From: a virus
Taxonomy: Duplodnaviria > Caudoviricetes
IMG/VR virus record: IMGVR_UViG_3300047510_001736
Location: 1 to 50,675 of that record
Direction: 5' to 3' (one strand)
DNA: 50,675 bases
Made by a program: the position numbers and the translations under genes. Positions 40,756-49,423 of this stretch are shown here, one piece after another (position 1 is the first letter of the stretch; every line of letters begins with the position of its first letter). The notes beneath the pieces were generated by a model. That model was given only the letters and a program-made list of their open reading frames with translations, was not told the origin of the DNA and ran no database searches.

Positions 40756-41738
40756 AGATTACGCACTCCTCCCTGAACCAAAGGCCAGACTGGGAACATG
40801 ATTGCGGCGTCTTGCGACGCGTGGCGTTCAGTCTGGACCATTAACTCTTGGCCGCTTTCCATGTTCTCACACACGCCACGGCAGATCTGTTCCATCATGT
40901 CTTTGTTGACAGATGCTACGTCCATCTTCTCTTTCTCCATCGCGAAGATGTACTTGACGCCGTAGACAAGACCTTGAACGAGACGTTCATCGGTCCAAAT
41001 TGAGTCGATGTTTACGAACGGAGAGAAGCGTTGTTTGTACAACACCTCAACGCAGTCCTCACCGAGAATAAAAGGCGTGCTCGCATTCCAATCAAGGATC
41101 TGCACGCGGATGTTTGAAGCGTAGAGTTGGTTATTGGGAATGCGCCCAATCTCTGCCTGAGTCGTGCCTTGGCGCACAACCACATCGCTCTTTGTGAAAA
41201 TAGTCTTCTTCAGCGACTTAACGCCAAAAGGACTCTCAGGCTCGAACATGTTCACCGAAGTCTTGATCAGGTCGCCGGGCGTGAACGAGATGATCTCAGT
41301 GACATTCGCAGCCTGAGGAGTTTGGCCGTTGATGATAATGTCAAATGGCTCAGTCTCGGGCAGCGTGAGCTGAAAGGTCAACAAGCCGCTATTAACCAGC
41401 GGCGTATGCAGCGGCGTGGGCGCAATCTGTCGCCATTGCAAATAAGGCTGCGTCCAAGGCACTGCGTGATAACGCGGCCTCATGTCTCGCGTGGTAACGA
41501 GGCGCGACGAATCGTGCCAGCGCACACCTCGAATAGAACCAACATACCACGGAAACGTGATAACGTGTTGATTGTTGTCGACGCAGAAGAACTGCTCAAA
41601 CACAGAGCCGGGAAGATCATACTGGTCGTAGATCATCACGGCCGCGCGGTTCAGCCACGCGAGAACTTGAGCTTCTTTATCGCGAGAGTCTGGAAGAACT
41701 CCAATCGTCTCGGAAACTTGTTGGATGAGGGAGTTCAT
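40749..41738 (-). CDS. Probable head-tail adaptor (tail tubular A-like)
   Basis: 329 aa; VLAWLNRA N-terminal helix; directly upstream of the nozzle gene. Confidence 0.55.
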   Translation of the reverse strand: MNSLIQQVSETIGVLPDSRDKEAQVLAWLNRAAVMIYDQYDLPGSVFEQFFCVDNNQHVITFPWYVGSIRGVRWHDSSRLVTTRDMRPRYHAVPWTQPYLQWRQIAPTPLHTPLVNSGLLTFQLTLPETEPFDIIINGQTPQAANVTEIISFTPGDLIKTSVNMFEPESPFGVKSLKKTIFTKSDVVVRQGTTQAEIGRIPNNQLYASNIRVQILDWNASTPFILGEDCVEVLYKQRFSPFVNIDSIWTDERLVQGLVYGVKYIFAMEKEKMDVASVNKDMMEQICRGVCENMESGQELMVQTERHASQDAAIMFPVWPLVQGGVRNLW

Positions 41739-41739
41739 T

Positions 41740-42924
41740 TTAGGCAGCTTTCATTGCATACAGACGCAGACGCCAGCGAGCATCAGTTATAGGATGCACA
41801 GCGCCAGTAGTCTTATCCGCAACATAAATACTAGCATTAAATTGCCTACGGACAACGACGTTTGTTGACGTAATTAAAATACTAAACGCGGTAGTTTGAT
41901 CATCGCTAGTAAAACCATTTGCGATATAACAACTCAATGCATCAATCTCGTCACCATTAACATAATTGCCATCAGCAGTTTCGCAGTATATTACCACACG
42001 ATACATCAAAGGCATTGCGCTTAGTGTATGTGACAACGTAGTAGGTGAACCAACGGTCGGAATTGCACCCAGCGATCCAACAGCCGTAACATACTGCACG
42101 ATTGTTCCAGCAACCGTCGTAGGCGCAACCCAATCAGGAACGCCTCCGACTTTACCTAACACATAACCATCAGGAATGCCCGATGAAACAATCTTTACAG
42201 GATCAACAGAGCCATTCTGCAACTTAGCGCCGCTTGTAGTATTGTCGAGAATGTCTGTATTCGGCTCAAGAAAACGCCAAGTTCCGAAAGTGTCTGGCGT
42301 ACGAGTCGTCAAGAACTTACTGCGCGTCGTAGCGCCGGGCGCCGGTGCGATAAGATCTGCAGCAATATAACCAGTCGGAATATTGTCAATGACATTCTCA
42401 GCCGTGTACCAATTCGCCACGCCCGGGCCATAAGTTGCAGCGAGGCGGAATTGGCCGCCGGGGATTCCAGTCGTAATCAGCGAGCCAACAGGAATAGATC
42501 CCGTCGTGACAAGAGATGCGAGAGAAACAAACTCAAACGCAGTCGCGCCAGCATTAACGCGAATGAGTTGATTCGCAGCGCCACCGCTCACGGAGAGCTT
42601 AGCTAACGTCACGGCGTTATTCTGAATCATCGCCGTCGTGATCGAGTTCGGGCTGATGATGTCGTTTATGTTGACCCAGCCCGGCGACGAAGTCTTGTAG
42701 ACATAAAGAGCTGGCTCAGCAGGATTGGCCAAACTGATCCAGAGACAAGTCTTACGCCACGCATTCGAACCCGTCACATCGGGCGGCGTGGTGTCAAACA
42801 GAATCATGCCGTACGTCGACGACGGAATGGCCTGTCGGATAAGTTGCAACAGCACGCTGGCGTATCCACCAAACGTACTCGTTGGGTCGATGCCTTCGAC
42901 AAAAGGGTTAGAATTTAGAGCCAT
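41740..42924 (-). CDS. Tail fibre-like protein
   Basis: NSITTAMIQNNAVTLAKL and NGSVDPVKI fibre-shaft repeats; beta-rich C-terminus. Confidence 0.7.
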   Translation of the reverse strand: MALNSNPFVEGIDPTSTFGGYASVLLQLIRQAIPSSTYGMILFDTTPPDVTGSNAWRKTCLWISLANPAEPALYVYKTSSPGWVNINDIISPNSITTAMIQNNAVTLAKLSVSGGAANQLIRVNAGATAFEFVSLASLVTTGSIPVGSLITTGIPGGQFRLAATYGPGVANWYTAENVIDNIPTGYIAADLIAPAPGATTRSKFLTTRTPDTFGTWRFLEPNTDILDNTTSGAKLQNGSVDPVKIVSSGIPDGYVLGKVGGVPDWVAPTTVAGTIVQYVTAVGSLGAIPTVGSPTTLSHTLSAMPLMYRVVIYCETADGNYVNGDEIDALSCYIANGFTSDDQTTAFSILITSTNVVVRRQFNASIYVADKTTGAVHPITDARWRLRLYAMKAA

Positions 42925-42930
42925 AAAGTA

Positions 42931-42965
42931 AAAAAGGGCTATCTCTTATACAAGAGATAACCCTT
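42931..42965 (-). terminator. Rho-independent terminator
   Basis: AAGGGCTATCTCTT/AAGAGATAACCCTT hairpin with an A-run on the + strand (U-run on -). Confidence 0.7.
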
Positions 42966-42985
42966 AGGGTTGATTGGGATTTTTC

Positions 42986-44836
42986 TTAATCCGCAGCGCA
43001 AACGTAGAAGTTTTCAACCGGATATACTGTCGGATAAGGATTCGGCAGGGTTCCGATTTGACAAATACCGTTCGCAAGCGCGGTACCAATCTCGTCGCAG
43101 CACGAGTCTGGTTTTTCTAGGATGTCGGTTTCTAGGTCAAACGCCTCGGAGAAAGCCCTCGTTGCGAAAGACGTAGTCCAATATTCAAACTGCGCGCCTT
43201 CGCCGGGGATAATCTCGCCGTTGTACAGCGGATAGCTAAGCACTTCGTAGCCATTCGACCAAAGTTTATAACGCCTTACAACGCCCTGAGCAACCCACTT
43301 TACAGTCATGACATAAGTCGGGACATTGATGTTTTGCCCAAGTCGGATAGAGAAGTTTTGATTGGGAATGATGATATCCTGCAGCGCAAAGATGCGAGAC
43401 GCGCCAGCCCAAGCTTCTAGGTTTTGCGTAAACCCAGCCACCGTAAGACTTTTGTAAACGAGCCTGTTCAAAACGACAGGCTTTGCACTCTTTGCGGGTT
43501 CAAGGGTGACGGGCTTAAAGTCCCAAGCGCGCGGTCCAGTGGGCGGCGTTGGGAGTTGAATAACTCTTACATCGGTGATGTTCGGCACTGGGCCAAACGG
43601 CTCACCGTTTTGGAATGCTCCAGCAGGAGGCCAATAGCCGCCGTTGTTGAACACGATATCATTCCCGGCGCTATTGCTAATGCTATTCCCCTGAATGTTA
43701 ATGTTCTTAAAGCCGGGAATCAAACCGGGATTGTACGTCGGCGTGACATCGCGATCGTATTGATACAGGAAAAACGTCGCGTTATAGGGCGGCAGATTAT
43801 AGTCGTAGTAGAAACTATTCGGCCCAGCAAGACCTACAGTATTTTCCTGAATCGTGACGTTGACGTGAGACGAGATCAAAGGCGCAAAGGCAACATTGCC
43901 CGTGAGGCGCACCCAGTTCTGTGTGACGAAGGAGATAAACTGCGGACAAAGCGTCGCACTGTTTTTCTCAATTCGAAGCTCAAAATTCTTGTAGCTGTCG
44001 ACGTAGATGTGCTGACCCGCGAAGGCCGTGAAGCTGTTATTGCGGATAATACAACCACGCGTCGCTGCGGGCGTAATGCCGTGCTGCGGCGATCGTTGAT
44101 TTGCGCCGAAGGTGATGTTAGTGAATGAGCAGCCTTCGACCACACAGCCCGTAGCGTATTTGCCCGTAATACCATTACCGCCAAAAGCAACCCACGTCAC
44201 GGCTTCAGCGGTCGAGCCGGGCGGCAACGGACGACTGTTCGCGCCCGGGGTGTTAAAGGAGCAGTTGCGGACAGTCACGCCCTTCGCGCCATCAGCGGCC
44301 GTCGACGGGAGATAACTCTGCAGCGCAAAAGCTTCTTGATTCGCGACGCCAATTCCAAAGCCTTTGAACTCGCAGTCTTCGATCAGGTTATTTGTGCCAA
44401 CAAGACGAACGCCCGAAACGGTCTTGAAGAACGGATTGACGGGATCAAAGTTCTCGTCATAGTTACCATCAAACGTAATTCCAGAGATCACGCAATCACC
44501 GGCATCAAACGTATTGTCGTCGCCGATGTAGCTGTAGGTGTTGACAAGAAAGATCGCAGAGCCATAAGGCAACACGCTATGAGTGCCCGTTGAAGCCGCG
44601 AACTTAAGAATCGTCTTGCCTTTGCCTTTGCCGATAAGTTTGATTCCGCGGGTATAATTTGCCGGAAATCCCCAATAGATCGAGGCATCGAGCGGATTAC
44701 TAATCCCAATGCCACCGATGATGTATGTGCCTTCGTCGAACTCAACAACCCCAGTCTCTTGGAGACAGAGGTTGATCGCTCGGGCACAATTCGTGGAGCC
44801 ATCAGCGATAGCTCCGTAGTCTCTTGCTTTTGCCAT
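42986..44836 (-). CDS. Tailspike / pectate-lyase-like beta-helix protein
   Basis: ARDYGAIADGSTNCARAIN start, GKGKTILK, ISGITFDGN, repeated IEDCEF/VRNCSF/IRNNSF rungs. Confidence 0.8.
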   Translation of the reverse strand: MAKARDYGAIADGSTNCARAINLCLQETGVVEFDEGTYIIGGIGISNPLDASIYWGFPANYTRGIKLIGKGKGKTILKFAASTGTHSVLPYGSAIFLVNTYSYIGDDNTFDAGDCVISGITFDGNYDENFDPVNPFFKTVSGVRLVGTNNLIEDCEFKGFGIGVANQEAFALQSYLPSTAADGAKGVTVRNCSFNTPGANSRPLPPGSTAEAVTWVAFGGNGITGKYATGCVVEGCSFTNITFGANQRSPQHGITPAATRGCIIRNNSFTAFAGQHIYVDSYKNFELRIEKNSATLCPQFISFVTQNWVRLTGNVAFAPLISSHVNVTIQENTVGLAGPNSFYYDYNLPPYNATFFLYQYDRDVTPTYNPGLIPGFKNINIQGNSISNSAGNDIVFNNGGYWPPAGAFQNGEPFGPVPNITDVRVIQLPTPPTGPRAWDFKPVTLEPAKSAKPVVLNRLVYKSLTVAGFTQNLEAWAGASRIFALQDIIIPNQNFSIRLGQNINVPTYVMTVKWVAQGVVRRYKLWSNGYEVLSYPLYNGEIIPGEGAQFEYWTTSFATRAFSEAFDLETDILEKPDSCCDEIGTALANGICQIGTLPNPYPTVYPVENFYVCAAD

Positions 44837-44839
44837 AAA

Positions 44840-45805
44840 TTAAAGATTGAAAGCTTTTTTAACCGACACAGTCATTTGATCGAGTGTGAAGTTACGCGCT
44901 TTTATAAAAGCCCCGGTGGCTTTCTCCATGACTTCTTGCTTATTATCATAAGCGTAACGCATAGCGTATGCAAGATCGTCAACATTTAGCCTGCCTATCT
45001 CGCCTGTGTAGTCATAAATGTTTCCGGGCGAAGGAATCATTTGAGCGGGAACCATCCACGAACAAGTGCTATCAAGAAATTCAAGCGGCCCTCCGATCGC
45101 GGGGCAGATCACAGGACGCCCATGCGCAATCGCGTCATGATGCGGATATCCCCAGCCCTCAGCGCCACAAGCGGAGACAAAAACATGATTTTGCCGATGT
45201 AAATAATTGACATTTGTCTGATATTCGCGAATTACTTTAACGCGGCTGTCAAATGTGATCAATTGTTTACAGCCCGGACCTTGTTTCATGATTAAATGCA
45301 CGTCCGCTTCGTGGGGAAATGCTCTCGTAAACGCGTCTATGATATCTTGTGCACGTTTACGCTGCCAAAACATCATGTCTTGATAGATTGTGTAGAAAGA
45401 GAATACATCAAAAGACGAAAGCGGCAGAGGTTCGTATTCAGACGCTAATGGGATAATAGCCGCAGAGAATCCTGCACGCTCAAAAACCTCTTGCGTGAAT
45501 TTACACGTTACTACAAGCTTACGATTGGGTTGTTTTGCAAGATATTCACAGTCTTGCGCGCGGAGTTTTGTAGTTTCCCAAAAAGTCAACAGATAGTCTG
45601 ATGAGATACTTGACGACGGGCCATCAATAGCCGCAAAGAAATGTCCGTCGCGAGATTGTGTAAGATCTGGTTTATGTCCGAGTCGCCTAAGACATTCAGC
45701 AAGGCTAAATGTTACACGACCAAACGAATTAATTGGGTTAAGAGAGCCTGTATGTATTCTCATGGATGCTCTGGGAGAGAGCGTAAAAAATGCCAAAGCT
45801 TTCAC
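44840..45805 (-). CDS. GT-B glycosyltransferase (GT4-like)
   Basis: FWETT, RKRAQDIIDAF, FVSACGAEGWGYPHHDAIAHGRPVI. Confidence 0.85.
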   Translation of the reverse strand: MKALAFFTLSPRASMRIHTGSLNPINSFGRVTFSLAECLRRLGHKPDLTQSRDGHFFAAIDGPSSSISSDYLLTFWETTKLRAQDCEYLAKQPNRKLVVTCKFTQEVFERAGFSAAIIPLASEYEPLPLSSFDVFSFYTIYQDMMFWQRKRAQDIIDAFTRAFPHEADVHLIMKQGPGCKQLITFDSRVKVIREYQTNVNYLHRQNHVFVSACGAEGWGYPHHDAIAHGRPVICPAIGGPLEFLDSTCSWMVPAQMIPSPGNIYDYTGEIGRLNVDDLAYAMRYAYDNKQEVMEKATGAFIKARNFTLDQMTVSVKKAFNL

Positions 45806-45826
45806 TTTGGCATTCTCGTTTATTAT

Positions 45827-46069
45827 TTACCATGCTTTACAGCTCCAATACTTTGCACTCAACTTTGAGCCAGGTTCTGCGCAATTATGTCGCGCGCGGA
45901 AGCTTTTGCGATTAGCTGGAATATGTTTCTTGATCGACATATTCGGATCGCCAAAACGCACAAGCCTTACGACGTTGCCTTCCTTAGCCAACACGGCAGA
46001 CTTCTTCGGTCCGCCCGGGGTTGATTTAGGTTTGTTATAACCAGAGAACTTTTCTCCTCGATATTCCAT
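45827..46069 (-). CDS. Small basic phage protein (DUF6321-like)
   Basis: VRFGDPNMSIK...RKSFRARHNC...SAKYWSCKAW signature. Confidence 0.75.
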   Translation of the reverse strand: MEYRGEKFSGYNKPKSTPGGPKKSAVLAKEGNVVRLVRFGDPNMSIKKHIPANRKSFRARHNCAEPGSKLSAKYWSCKAW

Positions 46070-46071
46070 AG

Positions 46072-46308
46072 TTATTTGCGTTTGTGTTGATAGTCAATCT
46101 TTTCTGCGCTAGTCTTTTCACGCCTAAAGCGAGCTTTCTCCACAACACTCATCTCTCCGACGGTCTTTGGAGTCTTCTCACTCACTCGCTTTGACGGTCG
46201 ACAAGCGGGATAACCTGCACGCTTCTCACCTTCTTGTCGGCCACAGGGTTTTCCAGACTTAATGTCAACCCACTTTTCGTCAAACCATCGTTCGAGGTTA
46301 TTTTTCAT
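46072..46308 (-). CDS. Small basic phage protein (DUF5872-like)
   Basis: LERWFDEKWVDI..GKPCGR...YPACRP..RVS.KTP. Confidence 0.7.
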   Translation of the reverse strand: MKNNLERWFDEKWVDIKSGKPCGRQEGEKRAGYPACRPSKRVSEKTPKTVGEMSVVEKARFRREKTSAEKIDYQHKRK

Positions 46309-46456
46309 TGACTACCTTGTATTTACCGCCTCGGCGCTTGTACTCCTGCACAAGCCAGCCATTGGCGTAGGCGCTGGGATAAGTGTCATAGCGCGCTTTG
46401 GTCGTAACTTTGACACGATTATAGAGTTCTTTATTTGTAGGAACGTTCTTTTTCAT
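46298..46456 (-). CDS. Small basic phage protein (52 aa)
   Basis: MKKNVPTNKELYNRVK...YPSAYANGWLVQEYKRRGGKY; below the ORF-track cutoff. Confidence 0.7.
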   Translation of the reverse strand: MKKNVPTNKELYNRVKVTTKARYDTYPSAYANGWLVQEYKRRGGKYKVVNEK

Positions 46457-46665
46457 TCTTTTGGCAAAGCATACCATCCTTCTGGGATAGTGATTTTATT
46501 TTTTGACTTCACCTTCTGGCCGCTTGAATCTAAAACCCACACTCGGGCTTTTACCGGCTCGGCCAATCTCACTGGCTGCCCGCTGGGCACGTAGATCACT
46601 CTCGATGAGCAACTCGCGCTCATGAGCATCAATGCGAGCACGAAGATCTTGTCTAAGCTTTTCAT
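46453..46665 (-). CDS. Lipoprotein, o-spanin (Rz1)-like
   Basis: MKSLDKIFVLALMLMSAS-C lipobox; overlaps 46496..46756 in another frame. Confidence 0.6.
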   Translation of the reverse strand: MKSLDKIFVLALMLMSASCSSRVIYVPSGQPVRLAEPVKARVWVLDSSGQKVKSKNKITIPEGWYALPKE

Positions 46666-46756
46666 CTTTTTGAGCGTCTTCTTGTGGAAGATCCTTCTGC
46701 GACAGTTCATAGAACCATCGCAGAAGCTTCATAATCAAGTCAGAAAGAAAGCTCAC
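46496..46756 (-). CDS. Possible i-spanin (Rz)-like protein
   Basis: Amphipathic N-terminus plus coiled coil; overlapping lipoprotein gene; TM segment is weak. Confidence 0.45.
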   Translation of the reverse strand: MSFLSDLIMKLLRWFYELSQKDLPQEDAQKDEKLRQDLRARIDAHERELLIESDLRAQRAASEIGRAGKSPSVGFRFKRPEGEVKK

Positions 46757-46932
46757 TTCTTCTCTTCTTTAGGCGCATCGGCGGCCTTGAGGCCAAGATA
46801 GAAACCAGAGATGCCGCTGACGATTGCGGTCACGGCATTGGGAATATCTCCGGCGAGGAAGAACTTAATCCCTGCGCCGAGACCGGTAAGAAGCAATCCA
46901 ACACCGGCGATCGTAGTCTTATTGTTTTGCAT
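46753..46932 (-). CDS. Holin-like two-TM protein
   Basis: MQNNKTTIAGVGLLLTGLGA...GLKAAD pattern; charged tail. Confidence 0.6.
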   Translation of the reverse strand: MQNNKTTIAGVGLLLTGLGAGIKFFLAGDIPNAVTAIVSGISGFYLGLKAADAPKEEKK

Positions 46933-47173
46933 TTGTATCCTTTGTTTTACTGAGATGTGTGTCGAGATAAGCACGGATTGCAGTGAGGCCGCTAATAACG
47001 GAGCCTAAAAAAAGCGCGATCACTTCGTACCAATTCTTTGGCCCATCTTGCGACGCCCACTCTACAAAAGCCGCGGACATTGGAGTCAATGCCGCGATTG
47101 AGAAATAAAGGGCACCGCGAAGATGCCCATTGTTTTGGAAGAAACGTCCAAGAAAATCAATGACGCTTTTCAT
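46919..47173 (-). CDS. Holin-like two-TM protein
   Basis: Two hydrophobic helices, then IRAYLD and a basic tail. Confidence 0.6.
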   Translation of the reverse strand: MKSVIDFLGRFFQNNGHLRGALYFSIAALTPMSAAFVEWASQDGPKNWYEVIALFLGSVISGLTAIRAYLDTHLSKTKDTNAKQ

Positions 47174-47336
47174 TTCGGATAACGCGCCAAAGAATTATGC
47201 CCGACGTGATAGCTGCGAAGATCGCTGCGAGAGGCGAGGCTATTTCGCCTAGAAGTTTCAGATGATTTATCACGGCGCCCATTATTCCAACTGTGGCGCC
47301 TACTGAAGCTTCTGTGGTGGTGTTATGGTTTGTCAT
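47157..47336 (-). CDS. Small membrane protein (59 aa, holin-like)
   Basis: MTNHNTTTEASVGATVGIMGAVI...LAAIFAAITSGIILWRVIRNEKRH. Confidence 0.6.
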   Translation of the reverse strand: MTNHNTTTEASVGATVGIMGAVINHLKLLGEIASPLAAIFAAITSGIILWRVIRNEKRH

Positions 47337-47340
47337 GAAG

Positions 47341-47380
47341 AAAGCAAAAAGGGCTAGATGCCATAGACACCTAGCCCTTT
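47341..47380 (-). terminator. Probable terminator
   Basis: AAAGGGCTAG/CTAGCCCTTT stem with flanking A-run. Confidence 0.6.
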
Positions 47381-47383
47381 ATT

Positions 47384-47563
47384 TTACTTCTCCTCTAAAG
47401 CAGCGGCGGGCTGGGCGATACCGGACGCCTGTGCAGCGCCCAGAATCTTATCGAAGATCGGCAGTCCAACCTTGGCGTTGGCGATGCCGCCAGCCTTGAT
47501 TGCGATGTCGATCAGTTGCAGAACGCCATTAGCTTCTTCGGGAGTCAGTTCGAGTTTGATCAT
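47384..47563 (-). CDS. Small hypothetical protein (59 aa)
   Basis: MIKLELTPEEANGVLQLIDIAIKAGG...; biased codons; typical of tail-fibre-adjacent genes. Confidence 0.7.
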   Translation of the reverse strand: MIKLELTPEEANGVLQLIDIAIKAGGIANAKVGLPIFDKILGAAQASGIAQPAAALEEK

Positions 47564-47583
47564 GTGGGGATGTGTGTTGATGT

Positions 47584-47982
47584 TTAGCCGAGGATGTTAG
47601 TAGACATACCATCGACGCTCGGCGTAACGTCGCTAGTAGGAAGTTTGAAGGGGTCGACGATTTGTTCGTCGCGCAGAGGAGGCGTCACCTGAGGCAGCAT
47701 CGGAGGCACGATCATCACAGGCTCAACCCACGGCAGCGGCGGAGCGATGACCGGATTCGCCAGCTTGTAAGCCTCCACAACCTCAGGAGTCCACAGCGCA
47801 TTGGCGATATTCACAACCTCGGTGGGCTGACCTTCCAGCGAGTCGCCGGGATTGAGCGTGTACTGAGCGGTAATCTCACTGCCGACAACCGCGCCATCGC
47901 TGTCGTAATCCGTTCCGGTCGTCACGAACAGCGAGTTGTTCTGGTTCACCTGCACTGCGACAATATCAACTGGTACGATCAT
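47584..47982 (-). CDS. Tail-fibre-associated small protein (paralog B)
   Basis: Y.L.PG..L.GQP..VV.IANA.WTP..V.AY shared with 47979..48230. Confidence 0.7.
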   Translation of the reverse strand: MIVPVDIVAVQVNQNNSLFVTTGTDYDSDGAVVGSEITAQYTLNPGDSLEGQPTEVVNIANALWTPEVVEAYKLANPVIAPPLPWVEPVMIVPPMLPQVTPPLRDEQIVDPFKLPTSDVTPSVDGMSTNILG

Positions 47983-48230
47983 TGGATGGTGGGGCTAGGG
48001 GTTTGAGCGGCGGCGTAGGCTGCGACAGCGGCAGGAGTCCAGACAGCGTTGGCAATCGCGACAACCTGCTCGGGCTGACCCGTAAGGTCTGAGCCGGGAG
48101 CGAGACAATAGCGGCGGAATGTGGAGGCTTTGACAACCTCGCCATCGACGATCTGGTTCGCCATACGAACCTGCAACGTGGTGTTGGGAAGAACCTCGCA
48201 GAGCGAGAAGATGGTGCGTTCGGTGAGCAT
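47979..48230 (-). CDS. Tail-fibre-associated small protein (paralog A)
   Basis: Start MLTERT; same C-terminal motif as paralog B. Confidence 0.7.
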   Translation of the reverse strand: MLTERTIFSLCEVLPNTTLQVRMANQIVDGEVVKASTFRRYCLAPGSDLTGQPEQVVAIANAVWTPAAVAAYAAAQTPSPTIQ

Positions 48231-48234
48231 AAGA

Positions 48235-49320
48235 TTAGACGTGGTAGGTAACCTCAAAGAAAAAGCTCTTCGATCCAGTTGTCAGTTCTGAAGTCGCAGG
48301 GAAAAACAAATATGCGTTGTTAGATTCAACGTCAGAAAACCCTACAGCAAGAATGTTGTTTTCAAAACAAGAGCCAGAAACAACAGCGGCATTGTTGAAC
48401 GGCAACCCTGTGAGAGTGACATATGTCAAAGTGTTCGCTACAGTGACTGATGCGGTAACATTTCCAGACAGTGTTACAATTCTTCCGATTTTAGTGTATC
48501 TTGCGGCAACAACAGAAACGCTGGTGCAATTAACTGCGCTGCTTCCGGTCGGCGTCCAAGTCCCCTCCTCGTAATCATCCAGCGTGTTCGCATCGGACGA
48601 AGCGACTTGAGTGGCGGGGAAGGTGATGCCGCTCTTGAGCTGCAAGCAACCGCCAGTACCAGCAGGCGTAACCCCCACGCCCAGCCCCGTGGAGTTCAAA
48701 GTCATGGCGGTGCCAGCGACTCCGCCGACTTCAGACCAAGTGCAAACGCCATCAGCGGCGATGCGGTAATGCTCAAGTCCTCCAGAAGAACCACGAGTAA
48801 CGAACACCAAGTCGTTAGTCGGAGTAGCTTGATTGGTGAACTGACAATTAACAGAACCGCCGAACAATCCATTAGCATTGTAGAACTCAACAGAACCAAA
48901 GTTGTTGTTCGTGCTGCTGGTATTTTGAATCCGCAAACTGGCACCACCAACGGGAGGAGCTGTCAGTGCGGTCGATGTACTCGATTTCGACAGATGGACA
49001 AACTGAGCGGGACTCGCGGTTCCAATTCCAACCCGATCATTCGCCGAATCCACCTTCAGGGTGCTGGTATCCACCGTCAGATCGCCGGTGATGGTGGCGG
49101 CTCCGACAGTAAGAAGATCTGTAGTCTTGTTATACGTCAGGCCAGCGTCGCCCCGCAAAGTACCATTGTCATTAAAAATGATCTGAGTGTTTGCACTATT
49201 GCCCGTCGTAGACGAGCCGATGTTAGTCTCCAGTACGGAAACTTGTTGTATGATCCGCTCAATGGCTTTCCTCAGAAGCCATGCGGAATCGCCTTTCGGC
49301 AATGTTGAGAGATTAGACAT
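48235..49320 (-). CDS. Tail fibre protein
   Basis: VDSANDRVGIGTASP, NTLDDYEEGTWTP, YTKIGRIV, GLPF motifs of aquatic phage fibres. Confidence 0.85.
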   Translation of the reverse strand: MSNLSTLPKGDSAWLLRKAIERIIQQVSVLETNIGSSTTGNSANTQIIFNDNGTLRGDAGLTYNKTTDLLTVGAATITGDLTVDTSTLKVDSANDRVGIGTASPAQFVHLSKSSTSTALTAPPVGGASLRIQNTSSTNNNFGSVEFYNANGLFGGSVNCQFTNQATPTNDLVFVTRGSSGGLEHYRIAADGVCTWSEVGGVAGTAMTLNSTGLGVGVTPAGTGGCLQLKSGITFPATQVASSDANTLDDYEEGTWTPTGSSAVNCTSVSVVAARYTKIGRIVTLSGNVTASVTVANTLTYVTLTGLPFNNAAVVSGSCFENNILAVGFSDVESNNAYLFFPATSELTTGSKSFFFEVTYHV

Positions 49321-49332
49321 ATCCTTGAATTT

Positions 49333-49348
49333 TAGCTGTCAGGTTGCC
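49333..49348 (-). promoter_or_regulatory. Sigma-54-type promoter for the tail fibre unit
   Basis: Minus strand TGGCAACCTGACAGCT (GG-N10-GC) downstream of a terminator; predicted +1 ~49322, ATG at 49320. Confidence 0.7.
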
Positions 49349-49384
49349 AATCATAGATTGGGTTGCTCTTTATTCTCCTTAAAG

Positions 49385-49414
49385 AACAAAAAGCAACCCA
49401 CTCTTTCGAGTGGG
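49385..49414 (-). terminator. Terminator of the capsid operon
   Basis: Minus strand CCCACTC-GAAA-GAGTGGG then TTGCTTTTTG. Confidence 0.7.
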
Positions 49415-49423
49415 CTGGTTGTG

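Noticed and set aside
49358-49400. Antiterminator helix TGGGTTGCT/AGCAACCCA
   Set aside because: On the transcribed minus strand the competing half lies downstream of the terminator U-tract, so it cannot pre-empt termination.
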